Shown: one piece after another, positions 9,873 through 19,835 of the stretch
How the letters are laid out: every line of letters starts with the position of its first letter
Numbering within the stretch: the stretch's first letter is position 1
NCBI GenBank assembly: GCA_965217115.1
Contig: OZ244239.1
Span: 2,014,672-2,078,671, forward strand
From: Bdellovibrionales bacterium
GTDB taxonomy: Bacteria; Bdellovibrionota; Bdellovibrionia; Bdellovibrionales; CAYMLA01
Direction: 5' to 3'
Length of the DNA: 64,000 nt
The notes under the pieces: generated by a model
What the model saw: the letters and a program-made list of their open reading frames with translations, nothing else
What the model was told of the DNA's origin: nothing
The model's database searches: none
Made by a program: the position numbers and the translations under genes

Positions 9873-10994
9873 ATGTGCATCTTGAAAGGGCCTTCCCACG
9901 GAGTTCTTCTAATTCAAACAGCGTTTATTGGTGATTTGTTATTAACAATCCCCCTCGCCCGTCGCTTAAAAGAATTACTGCCTGAGCATCCTCTAACTCT
10001 TTTATGTCGTAAGGGCTTAGGAGATATTTTACTGGCAACTAAAGTGATTGATCATGCTGTGGAAGTGGATAAGAGAGATCGCAATGCTTGGAAACAGATA
10101 GGGGAAAATCTTAAACAAAAAAAATATAAATGGGTTGTGTGTCCCCATCGTTCTTTCACATCGGCTCGTCTGGTCAGCTCCTTAAAGGCAGACAAGAAGA
10201 TTGGCTATTCTCTTTGGTGGAATTTTACGGTTTTTGACCATCGAGTGCAACGTCCTTTGATTGAGCCGGAGGTGATACGTCAGTTATATCTTATAAGTGA
10301 ATTAGACAAAGTAACAGGTAAGAGGCTGGAGTCTTACAGTGGTCACCAGAAGAGTGCTTTATCTCAAGTACCCACCTGGGCTTCCATGGAATTAAGTGAG
10401 ACTGTGTTTCTCCCGTCTAAGACAGAGATATTAAAGAAAAAATACCTATCGAGATGGAGTGATGGAGAGAAAAAAATCATCTCAGTGGCGCCGGGAAGTG
10501 TGTGGCCAACTAAGAGATGGAGGCTTGATGGATATAAGCAATTGATTGCTGAGTTGCTGGATCGTGATTTTTCCGTGATTTTACTCGGATCGCCTGATGA
10601 GAGAGGGATTTGCGATGAAATAGAAGAGTCACAACAGCAGGGTAGGCGGTCTCAAGTTGTGAATTTAAGTGGTGAGACTTCCCTACTAGAGTCCTTGTAT
10701 TTGATGAAACTGACTTCTGTGCTCGTCGCCAATGACAGTGGTGCTATGCACATGGCCTCGGTTGCGGGTGTCCCGTGTGTGTCTATTTTTGGTCCGACGA
10801 CATTGGGATTAGGTTACCGACCATGGCAGAATAATGCTGCCGTAGTGGAGAATAAGAACCTATCTTGTCGACCTTGCGGTAAACATGGTCACAGAAAATG
10901 CCCTATTGGGACCCATGAGTGTATGACTTCATTGAAGGTGCCTGAGGTCTTGTCCCAACTGGGGCTTCTGGCAAATGACCCGTTTCTTAAATGA
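9873..10994 (+). CDS. waaF: GT9 family LPS heptosyltransferase (WaaF-like)
   Basis: TAFIGD, PGSVWPTKRW, NDSGAMH.A, FGPT, CRPC...C...H.CM motifs; the last ~10 codons come from the repeat element. Confidence 0.88.
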   Translation: MCILKGPSHGVLLIQTAFIGDLLLTIPLARRLKELLPEHPLTLLCRKGLGDILLATKVIDHAVEVDKRDRNAWKQIGENLKQKKYKWVVCPHRSFTSARLVSSLKADKKIGYSLWWNFTVFDHRVQRPLIEPEVIRQLYLISELDKVTGKRLESYSGHQKSALSQVPTWASMELSETVFLPSKTEILKKKYLSRWSDGEKKIISVAPGSVWPTKRWRLDGYKQLIAELLDRDFSVILLGSPDERGICDEIEESQQQGRRSQVVNLSGETSLLESLYLMKLTSVLVANDSGAMHMASVAGVPCVSIFGPTTLGLGYRPWQNNAAVVENKNLSCRPCGKHGHRKCPIGTHECMTSLKVPEVLSQLGLLANDPFLK

Positions 10995-11419
10995 GTCTTT
11001 AAATTATTTAGCTCAGACATTCGTTTGGCATGCACCGCTCGCTTTAAAGCGAGCAAGTGCTGGCAAAGAACACCAACTCCCCCCACTTCGCTGTTCCCAG
11101 TCGAAGGCTTCAAAGGAGAGTTTCTGAGCTAAATAATGAGCTAAATAATGAAGCCTCATTTAAGAAACGGCTCATTTGCCAAACATTCCCTTGGAAGTCC
11201 CATGGGCTGTGAACAACGGGGATGGCTTCTGGCAAAGAACACTTTATACTCGCCCTGCTTCGCTGTTCCCAGTCAGTTGAAGGCTTCAAAGGAGAGTTTC
11301 TTAAATGAGTCTTTGTTATTTAGCGAGTTCGGCTTGGTGCACTGCTCGCTTTGCGAGCGGTGCTGCCAAACGAATGTCTGAGATAAATAATGAAGCCTCA
11401 TTTAAGAAACGGGTCATTT
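10962..11419. repeat. Hairpin repeat cluster 1 (REP/MITE-like, nested inverted arrangement)
   Basis: AAATGACCCGTTTCTTAAATGAG at ~10973 is the exact reverse complement of CTCATTTAAGAAACGGGTCATTT ending at 11419; GCTCGC/GCGAGC core hairpins; shares modules with 12520-13468. Confidence 0.92.
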
Positions 11420-11560
11420 AAAAAAAGGATTTAACGTTGAAGACTCTAAACTCAAGGACAAAAGTCTAGGTTTACTGAAAACAACGTTTAACTTTAAACT
11501 TCATAAGTACTTAAGACCATAATCTACCAAGGAAGTTTTTTCGTGAAAAAGGAGTGTGTA

Positions 11561-12322
11561 ATGAGAGTCTTGTTATTTTTCTGTTTTTTATTCATTTTTG
11601 AAGTTTCCTTTGCTGAAGAATACGCGGAGGGAAAAGTTCAATTAGCAAAAGTTGGTACAAAAGATGAAGCATTTCTCATCGGCGGCAAATATGTAAGTTC
11701 GTGTTCTAAGGGGGATTCTAAAACCCGAAAAACCCTATTGAATGCTATGTCTAATAATGAAAATGTTAATGTTAGTTTTATAGGAGGAGCTTCGAAGAGT
11801 TCTGAATGTATAACAAAGGTTAGATTTGTAACTTCAAAGTGTTTCGATGATTTGAAAGAAATGTCGTCTGAGTTTCGGAGTGATTCGGACAAGGGGTACG
11901 GAGATTCTAAAGGTCTTTTGAATAAGTTTTCTACTTTTGACTATCAATTTGATGAGAATACCCAGAGACATGTCCCATCGATAGTACAGCAAGGAGGAGC
12001 AAAGGAAGGCATTACAGTTATAACTCCCTCTGGTACAATGAAGGTTTCTGGTAGAAGCTGCAATCTCGTATCTAAGAAAACAAGTTTTAAATTTATTGCA
12101 GAAGCACTTAAGTCTGGATATGAGGAAATTAAGCTTAGAGACAGAATTAGAAGTCTAGCTGGAAGGAGGTATAAGAAGAATGGTGATCTTGATAGATATA
12201 AGAAATTACTCAAAACATGCTCTAAGAATATACATCCAGACATTGAAGCCTCTGCTAAATCAATTTTAAATAAAATTAATGGCTCTACTACTGTCAATCG
12301 AACGAAAAAGGTGATTAACTAG
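11561..12322 (+). CDS. Hypothetical secreted Cys-containing basic protein
   Basis: AAGGAG RBS before ATG 11561, signal peptide ending SFA, ~250 aa, no recognised domain. Confidence 0.8.
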   Translation: MRVLLFFCFLFIFEVSFAEEYAEGKVQLAKVGTKDEAFLIGGKYVSSCSKGDSKTRKTLLNAMSNNENVNVSFIGGASKSSECITKVRFVTSKCFDDLKEMSSEFRSDSDKGYGDSKGLLNKFSTFDYQFDENTQRHVPSIVQQGGAKEGITVITPSGTMKVSGRSCNLVSKKTSFKFIAEALKSGYEEIKLRDRIRSLAGRRYKKNGDLDRYKKLLKTCSKNIHPDIEASAKSILNKINGSTTVNRTKKVIN

Positions 12323-12376
12323 ATTTTGTGCCACTAGGTTCTGAGACGAATTAAGAATCAAAAAGTTCAGCCTTTC

Positions 12377-12410
12377 AAAATGGCTCCCGTAAAAAGAAGC
12401 CATTTTTATT
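12377..12410 (+). terminator. Probable intrinsic terminator
   Basis: AAAATGGCT...AGCCATTTT stem followed by T-rich tract downstream of the 11561-12322 gene. Confidence 0.6.
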
Positions 12411-12519
12411 TTTTTAGGAAAGCCCTCTATTTAAAGTGGTCTTTTGTGACAATGTTATCTATTTCCAGAGAAAGACTAAAACTTGTTTCAAGTAAGTTTT
12501 GACTCTATGACCCGTTGTT

Positions 12520-13468
12520 GGGCTTCTGGCAAATGACTCGTCTTCAACGTTGTCTCCACTCTTTAGCTCAGACATTCGTTTGGCAGCACCGCTCGCAAAG
12601 CGAGCAGTGCACCAATCCGAACTCGCTAAAGAGTAAATCCAACTTTGAAGACTCTCCTTTGGAAGTCCCATGGGCTGTGAACAACGGGGTTGGGCTTCTG
12701 GCAAATGACTCGTCTTTAAAGTTGTCTCCACTCTTTAGCTCAGACATTCGTTTGGCAGCACCGCTCGCAAAGCGAGCAGTGCACCAATCCGAACTCGCTA
12801 AAGAGTAAATCCAACTTTAAAGACTCTCCCTTGGAAGTCCCATAGGCTGTGAACAACGGGGATGGGCTTCTGGCAAATGACGTCTTTAAAGTTGTCTTCA
12901 CTCTTTAAAGTTTGCACCCTCGCTTCGAGCTCTTTAGCTCAGTCATGGGCTTCGTTTGGCAGAACACTTTATACTCCCCCCTTCCCCCCGCCGCTCGCAA
13001 AGCGAGAGTTACCAATCCGAACTCGCTAAAGAGTAAATCCAACTTTGAAGACTCTCCCTTGGAAGTCCCATAGGCAGTGAACAACGGGGATGGGCTTCTG
13101 GCAAATGACCCGTCTTTAAAGTTGTCTTCACTCTTTAGCTCAAACATTCGTTTGGCAGCACCGCTCGCTTTGCGAGCAATGCACCAATCCGAACTCGCTA
13201 AAGAGTAAATCCAACTTTAAAGACTCTCCCTTGGAAGTCCCATGGGCTGTGAACAACGGGGTTGGGGTTTTGGCAAAGAACACTTTATACTCCCCCCTTC
13301 CCCCCGCTTCGCTGTTCCCAGTCAGTTGAAGGCTTCAAAGGAGAGTTTCTTAAATGAGTCTTTGTTATTTAGCGAGTTCGGCTTGGTGCGCTGCTCGCTT
13401 TGCGAGCGGTGCTGCCAAACGCATGTTTGAGCTAAATAATGAAGCCTCATTTAAGGAACGGGTCATTT
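12520..13468. repeat. Tandem array of ~172-bp long-hairpin units (4 forward, 1 inverted)
   Basis: GGGCTTCTGGCAAATGAC starts at 12520, 12692, 12864 and 13092; unit 3 carries insertions; final inverted variant unit at ~13310-13468. Confidence 0.95.
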
Positions 13469-14903
13469 AAAAAAAGTTTTTAACATTAATATCGTATTTT
13501 TTTATTTTACGGAGCAAGGTGTTCTTAGGAATATTTGCGTGGGCCACCGTTTTATTGATTTTTCCCTTATTGGCTTTGAGGGCTTTTAGAATAAAATCTT
13601 TTTCAGATTGCTCTTTGAATTTATCGAAATCAAGTTCACCAAATTCATGGGATGGAGGTGTTTTTATTGAGGATGTGGTGTGCATTGAACTGTTGCCGGA
13701 GGGAGTAGGGATCGTCGACATTTTGACGTTATCGGGTAGAGAAGCCAATGAGATTGTAGATGAATTTTCAAGGATAAATGCCCGTTCAATGACATTCTCT
13801 AATTCACGAATATTACCAGGCCAGCGATAGGATTTGAGTATTTCTAAACTAGCTGTTTCGATTTCTTGAATGTTTTTAGTTTGTTGTTTATTGAATTTTT
13901 TTATAAAATGTCGAACAAGCCTTGGGATGTCATTAACTCTATCTCTTAGAGGGGGTATGAAGATGGGCATAACGTTAAGCCGATAAAAGAGGTCTTCTCG
14001 AAAGGCATCATCTTCGATCATTTTTTCTAAGTTACGATTTGTTGCGGCGATAATTCTTGAATTGGTTTTAACCTCTCTTGTACTACCGATAGGAGTGAAT
14101 CTTTTTTCTTGAAGAACTCTGAGAAGTTTTACCTGCATATCGGGCTTAAGTTCACCAACTTCATCAAGAAATAGAGTTCCGTTATTAGCTTGTTGAAAAC
14201 GACCTATTTTTCTATCTGATGCTCCAGTGAAGGAACCTTTTTCGTGGCCAAAGAGTTCACTTTCCATGAGCTGTTCAGGAATTGCACCGCAATTGATTGC
14301 GACAAACTCGCCTTTCTTACGTGGGGAGTTGTAATGTATGGCACGGGCAACGAGTTCTTTCCCCGTGCCATTCTCTCCACGGACGAGAACGGAGGTGTCG
14401 ACTTTACAAAGTTTATAAATAAGGTCAAAAATTTCGCGCATTTTTTCAGAGCTGCCGACAAAATCGCTATCAATGTCATCGTCAAAAATAGGATTGGAGA
14501 TAGCAATTTCTGAAACAATCTGCCTAGCTTGAAGGGATTTTTTGACGATTTCAGTGAGTTTGTTGGGTTGAACTGGCTTTTCTAGATAATCATAGGCACC
14601 TTCTCTAATAGCGGCGACAGCATCGTTGAGATTACTGTGGGCCGTCATAAGTACAACGAAGGTCTTTGGCTGGATTTTTTTGATAGCTTCAAGAGCTTCA
14701 AGTCCAGTCATATTCGGCATCCGAACATCCATAAGGACAAGACCTGGTTGGTGTTGCTTGACTTGCATAAGGGCTTCTTGACCATCTTGGGCTTCTATGA
14801 TGTTGAAATTAAAATTTTCCATGGACTCAAGAACGGAAATGACGGTTCTACGCAATTCACTTTCATCATCAACGATGAGAACTTTTAAATTTTCATTTTC
14901 CAT
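13467..14903 (-). CDS. Sigma54-dependent (NtrC-family) response regulator
   Basis: REC domain (VDDE, DVRMP, KP), AAA+ GENGTGKE, ESELFGHEKGSFTGA, WPGNIRELEN, C-terminal HTH. Confidence 0.96.
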   Translation of the reverse strand: MENENLKVLIVDDESELRRTVISVLESMENFNFNIIEAQDGQEALMQVKQHQPGLVLMDVRMPNMTGLEALEAIKKIQPKTFVVLMTAHSNLNDAVAAIREGAYDYLEKPVQPNKLTEIVKKSLQARQIVSEIAISNPIFDDDIDSDFVGSSEKMREIFDLIYKLCKVDTSVLVRGENGTGKELVARAIHYNSPRKKGEFVAINCGAIPEQLMESELFGHEKGSFTGASDRKIGRFQQANNGTLFLDEVGELKPDMQVKLLRVLQEKRFTPIGSTREVKTNSRIIAATNRNLEKMIEDDAFREDLFYRLNVMPIFIPPLRDRVNDIPRLVRHFIKKFNKQQTKNIQEIETASLEILKSYRWPGNIRELENVIERAFILENSSTISLASLPDNVKMSTIPTPSGNSSMHTTSSIKTPPSHEFGELDFDKFKEQSEKDFILKALKANKGKINKTVAHANIPKNTLLRKIKKYDINVKNFF

Positions 14904-14915
14904 TATTCACCTCAA

Positions 14916-16805
14916 TTAGAGTATTTCATCGTCTTCTACATTGCTCGGCACTTCAATATCTATATCACTTTCAGCGGGTAACCAAAAGCCTATTTTAGTT
15001 CCTTTATTATGTGTGCTTTTCAGTGAGACTTGGCCTCCATGGAGCTCAACAAAGTATTTCACGAGATAGAGACCCAAGCCAGAGCCCTTTGTTTTTAGGT
15101 CTTGTTCTTTGCCTCGAACAAATTTATTCCAAATATTTTTTTGCTCTTCTTGAGTGATTCCAGTTCCGGTATCGGCGACTTCGACAACGATTTTACCTTT
15201 GATTTCTTTGGAACTGATGGTAATACTCCCGCCTTTTGGAGTGTATTTTATAGAATTTTCGATGAGATTAATGATGACTTCTTGAATGAGCGTCACGTCA
15301 AATTCAATGGAGAACATGGGCTCTAATTCAACTGTGAGATTGAGATATTTTTCTTTGGCGAGGGGAGAGAGCTTTTCTATGGCTGCTTCTATGGTTTCAT
15401 TGATTTCAGCAATTTGTAGGTTGATTTTGAAATCTTTGGATTCAACTTTGATGACTTTTAGAATAGACTCAATGTAACGATGCAGCTCTTCTGAGTAATT
15501 TCGTATGGACTTAAGATCTTGAGAAAAATCATATTCATTGTTTTCTGTGATCAATCTGTCTGTCACAGCTTGGATTTTGGCGATAGGAGTTTTTAGGTCG
15601 TGACTGATGAGGCTGACAAAATTACTTTTGAGTTCCTCTACCTTTCTTAAATAAAGTTGTTCTCGTTTGAGGCGCCAGTTTTTTCTCTCAATAATAGATG
15701 CCTGAAGTCCCATAAATATCATCCAAGTAAAAGAGAGTTGTATGAGAGGAGACATAATTGGAACCCAAAAATAATAGGCATCAAAGAGCCAAATGGAGAG
15801 TCCTAAGCAACAGATAAAGAGTGCAGTGATAAAAACAATTGTGGATTGGCTAGGGTAGCGTCTCATTATGATGAGAGAAACGATGAGTAGAAAGAAGAGG
15901 TAGAGAATGTACCATTCATAATCTAAATGCTCGATCCAACGTCTATGGAGAATGTTATCTGTGATATGGGCGATAATTTCAGCTCGATTCATAAGACCTA
16001 GAGGGGTTAAAAATTGATGCCCAGGAGCTGTTCCAGAACCAATAATCACAAGTTTATTCTTAAAAAAATCGGGGGAAAGTTTTTTTAGAAGAACTTGGGA
16101 TAGACTGACTTCGGAGAAGGAGTTAGTCGCTCCACGAAAATTGATCAATCTACTTGTTGGGAAAACGTATTCGATGGAGGGTCGTGGGTCTATTTTCTCA
16201 GATATGCGGGCGGCTATGTGAGGTATGCCAATAAGGGGAGAAGAGAAATGCCTAAGAATGCCATCGTCATCTGCCTGTAAATCCCCAATGCCGATATTGT
16301 CTCCGTATTCGTTGGAAAAACGAGGAGGGAGAGTTTGAGCCCGTCGATTTAAGTAGGTGTTCCATATAACTGTGGGATGAGTGAATATTTTCTCTTGCTC
16401 TTGTGAGAGGGAGGTCTTTGGGATATTATCTCCAAAAAAGAAGGTGACAGCAATGGCCGTTGGTTTTTGCTCTAGGAGAAGGTTGAGAATGTTCACCCAA
16501 GTTTTTTCATTCCAATAGAGATTATCTGGAAGATGATTGTCAGAGAACTGTAGATAATTATTCTTTTGGAGGAATTTTTTACGGTCCTCTGGAGTTATTT
16601 TAATAATAACAATATCAGGAACAAAGCCATTCTGGCCGCGTAAACTCAGGCGTGTGTCAAAAGACTTGAGTTCATCAAAAGTAAGAGCAACAAGTCCTAC
16701 GGTCCAGCAGAGGAAGACCCTTAACCATATGTTTCGACGACGCCAAATAGGGAGCGCTAGAAACCAAAATCGCTTGAGGAGTCGGTATTTCCATTTTGAC
16801 CACAT
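14916..16805 (-). CDS. CHASE2-domain sensor histidine kinase
   Basis: DDDGILR, LINF.G, KNKLVIIG, TP.G.M CHASE2 motifs, three TM helices, SHDLKTP H-box, N/G1/G2 boxes. Confidence 0.93.
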   Translation of the reverse strand: MWSKWKYRLLKRFWFLALPIWRRRNIWLRVFLCWTVGLVALTFDELKSFDTRLSLRGQNGFVPDIVIIKITPEDRKKFLQKNNYLQFSDNHLPDNLYWNEKTWVNILNLLLEQKPTAIAVTFFFGDNIPKTSLSQEQEKIFTHPTVIWNTYLNRRAQTLPPRFSNEYGDNIGIGDLQADDDGILRHFSSPLIGIPHIAARISEKIDPRPSIEYVFPTSRLINFRGATNSFSEVSLSQVLLKKLSPDFFKNKLVIIGSGTAPGHQFLTPLGLMNRAEIIAHITDNILHRRWIEHLDYEWYILYLFFLLIVSLIIMRRYPSQSTIVFITALFICCLGLSIWLFDAYYFWVPIMSPLIQLSFTWMIFMGLQASIIERKNWRLKREQLYLRKVEELKSNFVSLISHDLKTPIAKIQAVTDRLITENNEYDFSQDLKSIRNYSEELHRYIESILKVIKVESKDFKINLQIAEINETIEAAIEKLSPLAKEKYLNLTVELEPMFSIEFDVTLIQEVIINLIENSIKYTPKGGSITISSKEIKGKIVVEVADTGTGITQEEQKNIWNKFVRGKEQDLKTKGSGLGLYLVKYFVELHGGQVSLKSTHNKGTKIGFWLPAESDIDIEVPSNVEDDEIL

Positions 16806-16895
16806 TCGACGCTATGTAGCAGAAAAGTTATTTTTTTTCAATACTTAGGGGACATAATACTCGCTAGTTTTTTTGAATTGCAATAAGTTCATGGA

Positions 16896-17834
16896 ATGAA
16901 GGTTTGCCATGGTATTCATAATTTAGAGGGTTTTACGAAAGGGGCTGTTCTCACCCTGGGGAATTTTGATGGAGTGCACTCTGGCCACCGCCAAATTATT
17001 GAACGGGCCCTAGAGATATCCCAGAAATTGAGTGCATCATCTGTAGTTTTTACATTCTCTCCCCATCCAGTTCAGGTGATTTCTCCTGAAAGTGGTTTTA
17101 AGAGAATTTTTAGTGAAAAAGATCAAGAGTTTGAATTAAAAAAAATGGGTGTTTCACTCTTAAATGTGGAACCCTTTTCTTTGGAGTTGTCTCAAGTGTG
17201 TGCGGAGGACTTCTTTGAGAATTACATTTGGCAGCCTCTAAAGCCTTCGGCCATCGTGATTGGCTATGATTTTGCTTTTGGATCGGATAAGAAAGGCACG
17301 GTGGCTTTTTTGCGAACTATTTGTGAAGAGCGGGGGATTCATTTAGAGATGCTAGACTCCTATAAGAGAGAAGGTCGCATTGTTAGTAGCACTCTTATTA
17401 GAGAGTTAATTCAAGAGGGAAAAGTTGATGAGGTGCCTTCTTACTTGGGGCGCCATTTCTATTTAGAAGGCAAGGTGATTGAGGGGGCCAGAAGAGGAAG
17501 ACGATTGGGTTTTCCCACGGCAAATACCTTGTGTCCAACAGAGTTACAAGTTTGCTATGGGGTTTATGTGAGTCGTGTTTGGATTGAAGGAGAGGGGGAA
17601 GATAAAAAAAGCCACTTGTCTGTGACTAACGTGGGTTATAGCCCCACATTTAGTCAAGATGGAGAGAGGCTTCTTATTGAAACTCATATCTTAGATTTTG
17701 ATAGAGATGTGTATGGTAAGATGTTGAGAGTGGATTTTTTAAAATTTATGAGACATGAAAAGAAATTCCCCTCTATTGATGAGTTATCAAAACAGATAAA
17801 GATGGATATCGATAAAGCCAGAAGTGAAAAATAA
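16896..17834 (+). CDS. ribF: Bifunctional riboflavin kinase/FAD synthetase
   Basis: GNFDGVHSGH, SST.IR, GRRLGFPTAN, ETHILDF motifs. Confidence 0.98.
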   Translation: MKVCHGIHNLEGFTKGAVLTLGNFDGVHSGHRQIIERALEISQKLSASSVVFTFSPHPVQVISPESGFKRIFSEKDQEFELKKMGVSLLNVEPFSLELSQVCAEDFFENYIWQPLKPSAIVIGYDFAFGSDKKGTVAFLRTICEERGIHLEMLDSYKREGRIVSSTLIRELIQEGKVDEVPSYLGRHFYLEGKVIEGARRGRRLGFPTANTLCPTELQVCYGVYVSRVWIEGEGEDKKSHLSVTNVGYSPTFSQDGERLLIETHILDFDRDVYGKMLRVDFLKFMRHEKKFPSIDELSKQIKMDIDKARSEK

Positions 17835-18123
17835 CAGAGAGTAGGATAGTAAAGTGGTCTGATGAACGGCGTGGGCTGAATAGAGCCTGAATAGAGCCTG
17901 GACGGAAGAGAGATGGAATCGACCAATGTCCAGTGGTTGTGATTATTCAACACAGAGCTAGACAGAGAGTTTAGAAAAAGAAGGCCTGTTTATGTGGCGA
18001 GATTTATCATTTTAAGACATTTCTGGCCTTTTGTTAGATGTTAGAGGGCTAAAATTTTTAAGAAAAACTATCCTGACATAGGTTATTTACCGAAGAGTTA
18101 AAAGTACTTAGGGGTTTGGTGAT

Positions 18124-19818
18124 ATGGCAGGAAAAAATTTTCTTGGGGATGAACTCGTCAACGCTGGCTTGATTAATTTAGATCAATTGCAGGCAGCTGA
18201 GAAAGAGAGAAAGAAAGTTGGGGGACACCTCAACACAATTCTTATAAAAATGAAGGCCCTAGATGATAAAAAGTTGATGACTTTTCTTGAGAGAAAGTAT
18301 CAAGCGCCTTCTGTTGATTTAGGAAATTTTAAAATACCTAAAGAAACAATTGCTTTAGTGACTCAAGAAATCTGTGAAGAGCATGTTTTAATACCTATTT
18401 CCAAAGTGGGAAAAACGTTGGTTGTGGCCTTTTCAGACCCGAGTAGTTTGTCTTTACGTGATGATCTCTCATTTCTAACTCGTTGTAAAATTCAGGTCGT
18501 ATTAGCATCAGAGTACGCTATTTTGGCTTCTATCGAGAAATACTATGGTAGAAAAGAAGTTGAGTTGAGTTCTTTTGAGTCAAGTGATGTTAATAAAATG
18601 GCATCTGCTAAGGTTGAATTTTTAGGTGATAGTTCCTCCAAATCAGATGAACCTATTGTTCAGTTTGTAAATGCTATTTTAGCAGAAGCCATTCGCAAAG
18701 GGGCTTCAGATATTCATATCGAGCCTTATGAGAAAAAATTTCGTGTCCGTTATCGTATCGATGGATCCTTGCAGGAGACGACAGCACCTCCATCAGGAAT
18801 AGCATCATCAGTTTCGAGTCGTATTAAGGTAATGTGTCGTATGGATATTGCTGAGAGAAGACGCCCTCAGGATGGTCGTCTCAAAGTGTTGACTCAAGAC
18901 AAAAAAGAGATTGATTTTCGTGTGAATACAGTTCCAACACTTTTTGGTGAAAAAATAGTCATGAGAATTTTGGATAAATCTACTCTACAAGTGGATATGA
19001 CAAAATTAGGATTTGAAAGAGATGATTTACAAATTTTTAAGGAAATTATTAATAGACCTCAGGGGATGGTTTTGCTCACCGGTCCTACGGGTAGTGGGAA
19101 AACAACGACAATCTATTCTGCTTTGGCAGAGTTAAATCGTAATGAGGTAAATATTTGTACGGCTGAGGATCCTGTTGAATTTAATTTAGAGGGTATTAAT
19201 CAAGTTCAGGTGAATCCAGACATTGATCTTACTTTTGCGAATTCACTGAGGTCATTTTTACGTCAGGATCCAGATATTATAATGGTGGGTGAGATACGTG
19301 ATTTTGAAACAGCAGAAATAGCTTTTAAGGCGGCATCGACGGGGCATATGGTTGTAAGTACACTTCACACAAATGATGCTCCTGCGACAATTTCGCGTTT
19401 GGTTGATATGGGTGTGGCTCCTTTTATGATCACATCGACTATTTCTATTGTGGTTGCGCAGAGACTTGTTGGGAAGATTTGTGAAGACTGTAAAACACCA
19501 TCTCCATCTGTAACAGCTGAGGTATTGATTAATTTGGGTGTTTTAAAAGAAGAAGTGGAGGATTATAAAGTTATGGAGGCAAAGGGCTGTAATTTTTGCT
19601 TTGGTACGGGTATTAAAGGGCGATTGGCCATTTTTGAAATGATGACGATCAATACTGAAATGAAGGAAGCTATTTTATCTGGTGCTTCTCCAGTGGGTAT
19701 TCGTAAAATAGCTTTTAAGTCAGGAATGAGAACCCTACGTCGAAGTGCTTTATTAAAACTAAAGGCGGGACTAACAACTGTGGAAGATGTCCTAAACTCT
19801 TCAATTAAAGACAATTAA
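18124..19818 (+). CDS. pilB: Type IV pilus assembly ATPase
   Basis: ASDIHIEP, GPTGSGKTTT, AEDPVE, LRQDPDIIMVGEIRD, tetracysteine motif. Confidence 0.96.
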   Translation: MAGKNFLGDELVNAGLINLDQLQAAEKERKKVGGHLNTILIKMKALDDKKLMTFLERKYQAPSVDLGNFKIPKETIALVTQEICEEHVLIPISKVGKTLVVAFSDPSSLSLRDDLSFLTRCKIQVVLASEYAILASIEKYYGRKEVELSSFESSDVNKMASAKVEFLGDSSSKSDEPIVQFVNAILAEAIRKGASDIHIEPYEKKFRVRYRIDGSLQETTAPPSGIASSVSSRIKVMCRMDIAERRRPQDGRLKVLTQDKKEIDFRVNTVPTLFGEKIVMRILDKSTLQVDMTKLGFERDDLQIFKEIINRPQGMVLLTGPTGSGKTTTIYSALAELNRNEVNICTAEDPVEFNLEGINQVQVNPDIDLTFANSLRSFLRQDPDIIMVGEIRDFETAEIAFKAASTGHMVVSTLHTNDAPATISRLVDMGVAPFMITSTISIVVAQRLVGKICEDCKTPSPSVTAEVLINLGVLKEEVEDYKVMEAKGCNFCFGTGIKGRLAIFEMMTINTEMKEAILSGASPVGIRKIAFKSGMRTLRRSALLKLKAGLTTVEDVLNSSIKDN

Positions 19819-19835
19819 TTAAAAGGGAGTTTGTT

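Noticed and set aside
10889-13430. Short ORFs within the repeats (11148, 12459, 12515, 12905, 13242, 10889)
   Set aside because: Translations of the palindromic repeat in several frames and strands, with no RBS; treated as spurious
12520-13468. CRISPR or TIGR-like guide array
   Set aside because: Units are near-identical along their whole length, with no unique spacers; no cas or Nop-domain gene nearby
14225-14245. GSFTGA instead of GAFTGA in both sigma54 activators
   Set aside because: A common variant in this family; not unusual
17855-17930. Hammerhead ribozyme (CTGATGA core) between ribF and pilB
   Set aside because: No GAAA after a stem II and no convincing stems; only a short CTGAATAGAGC duplication
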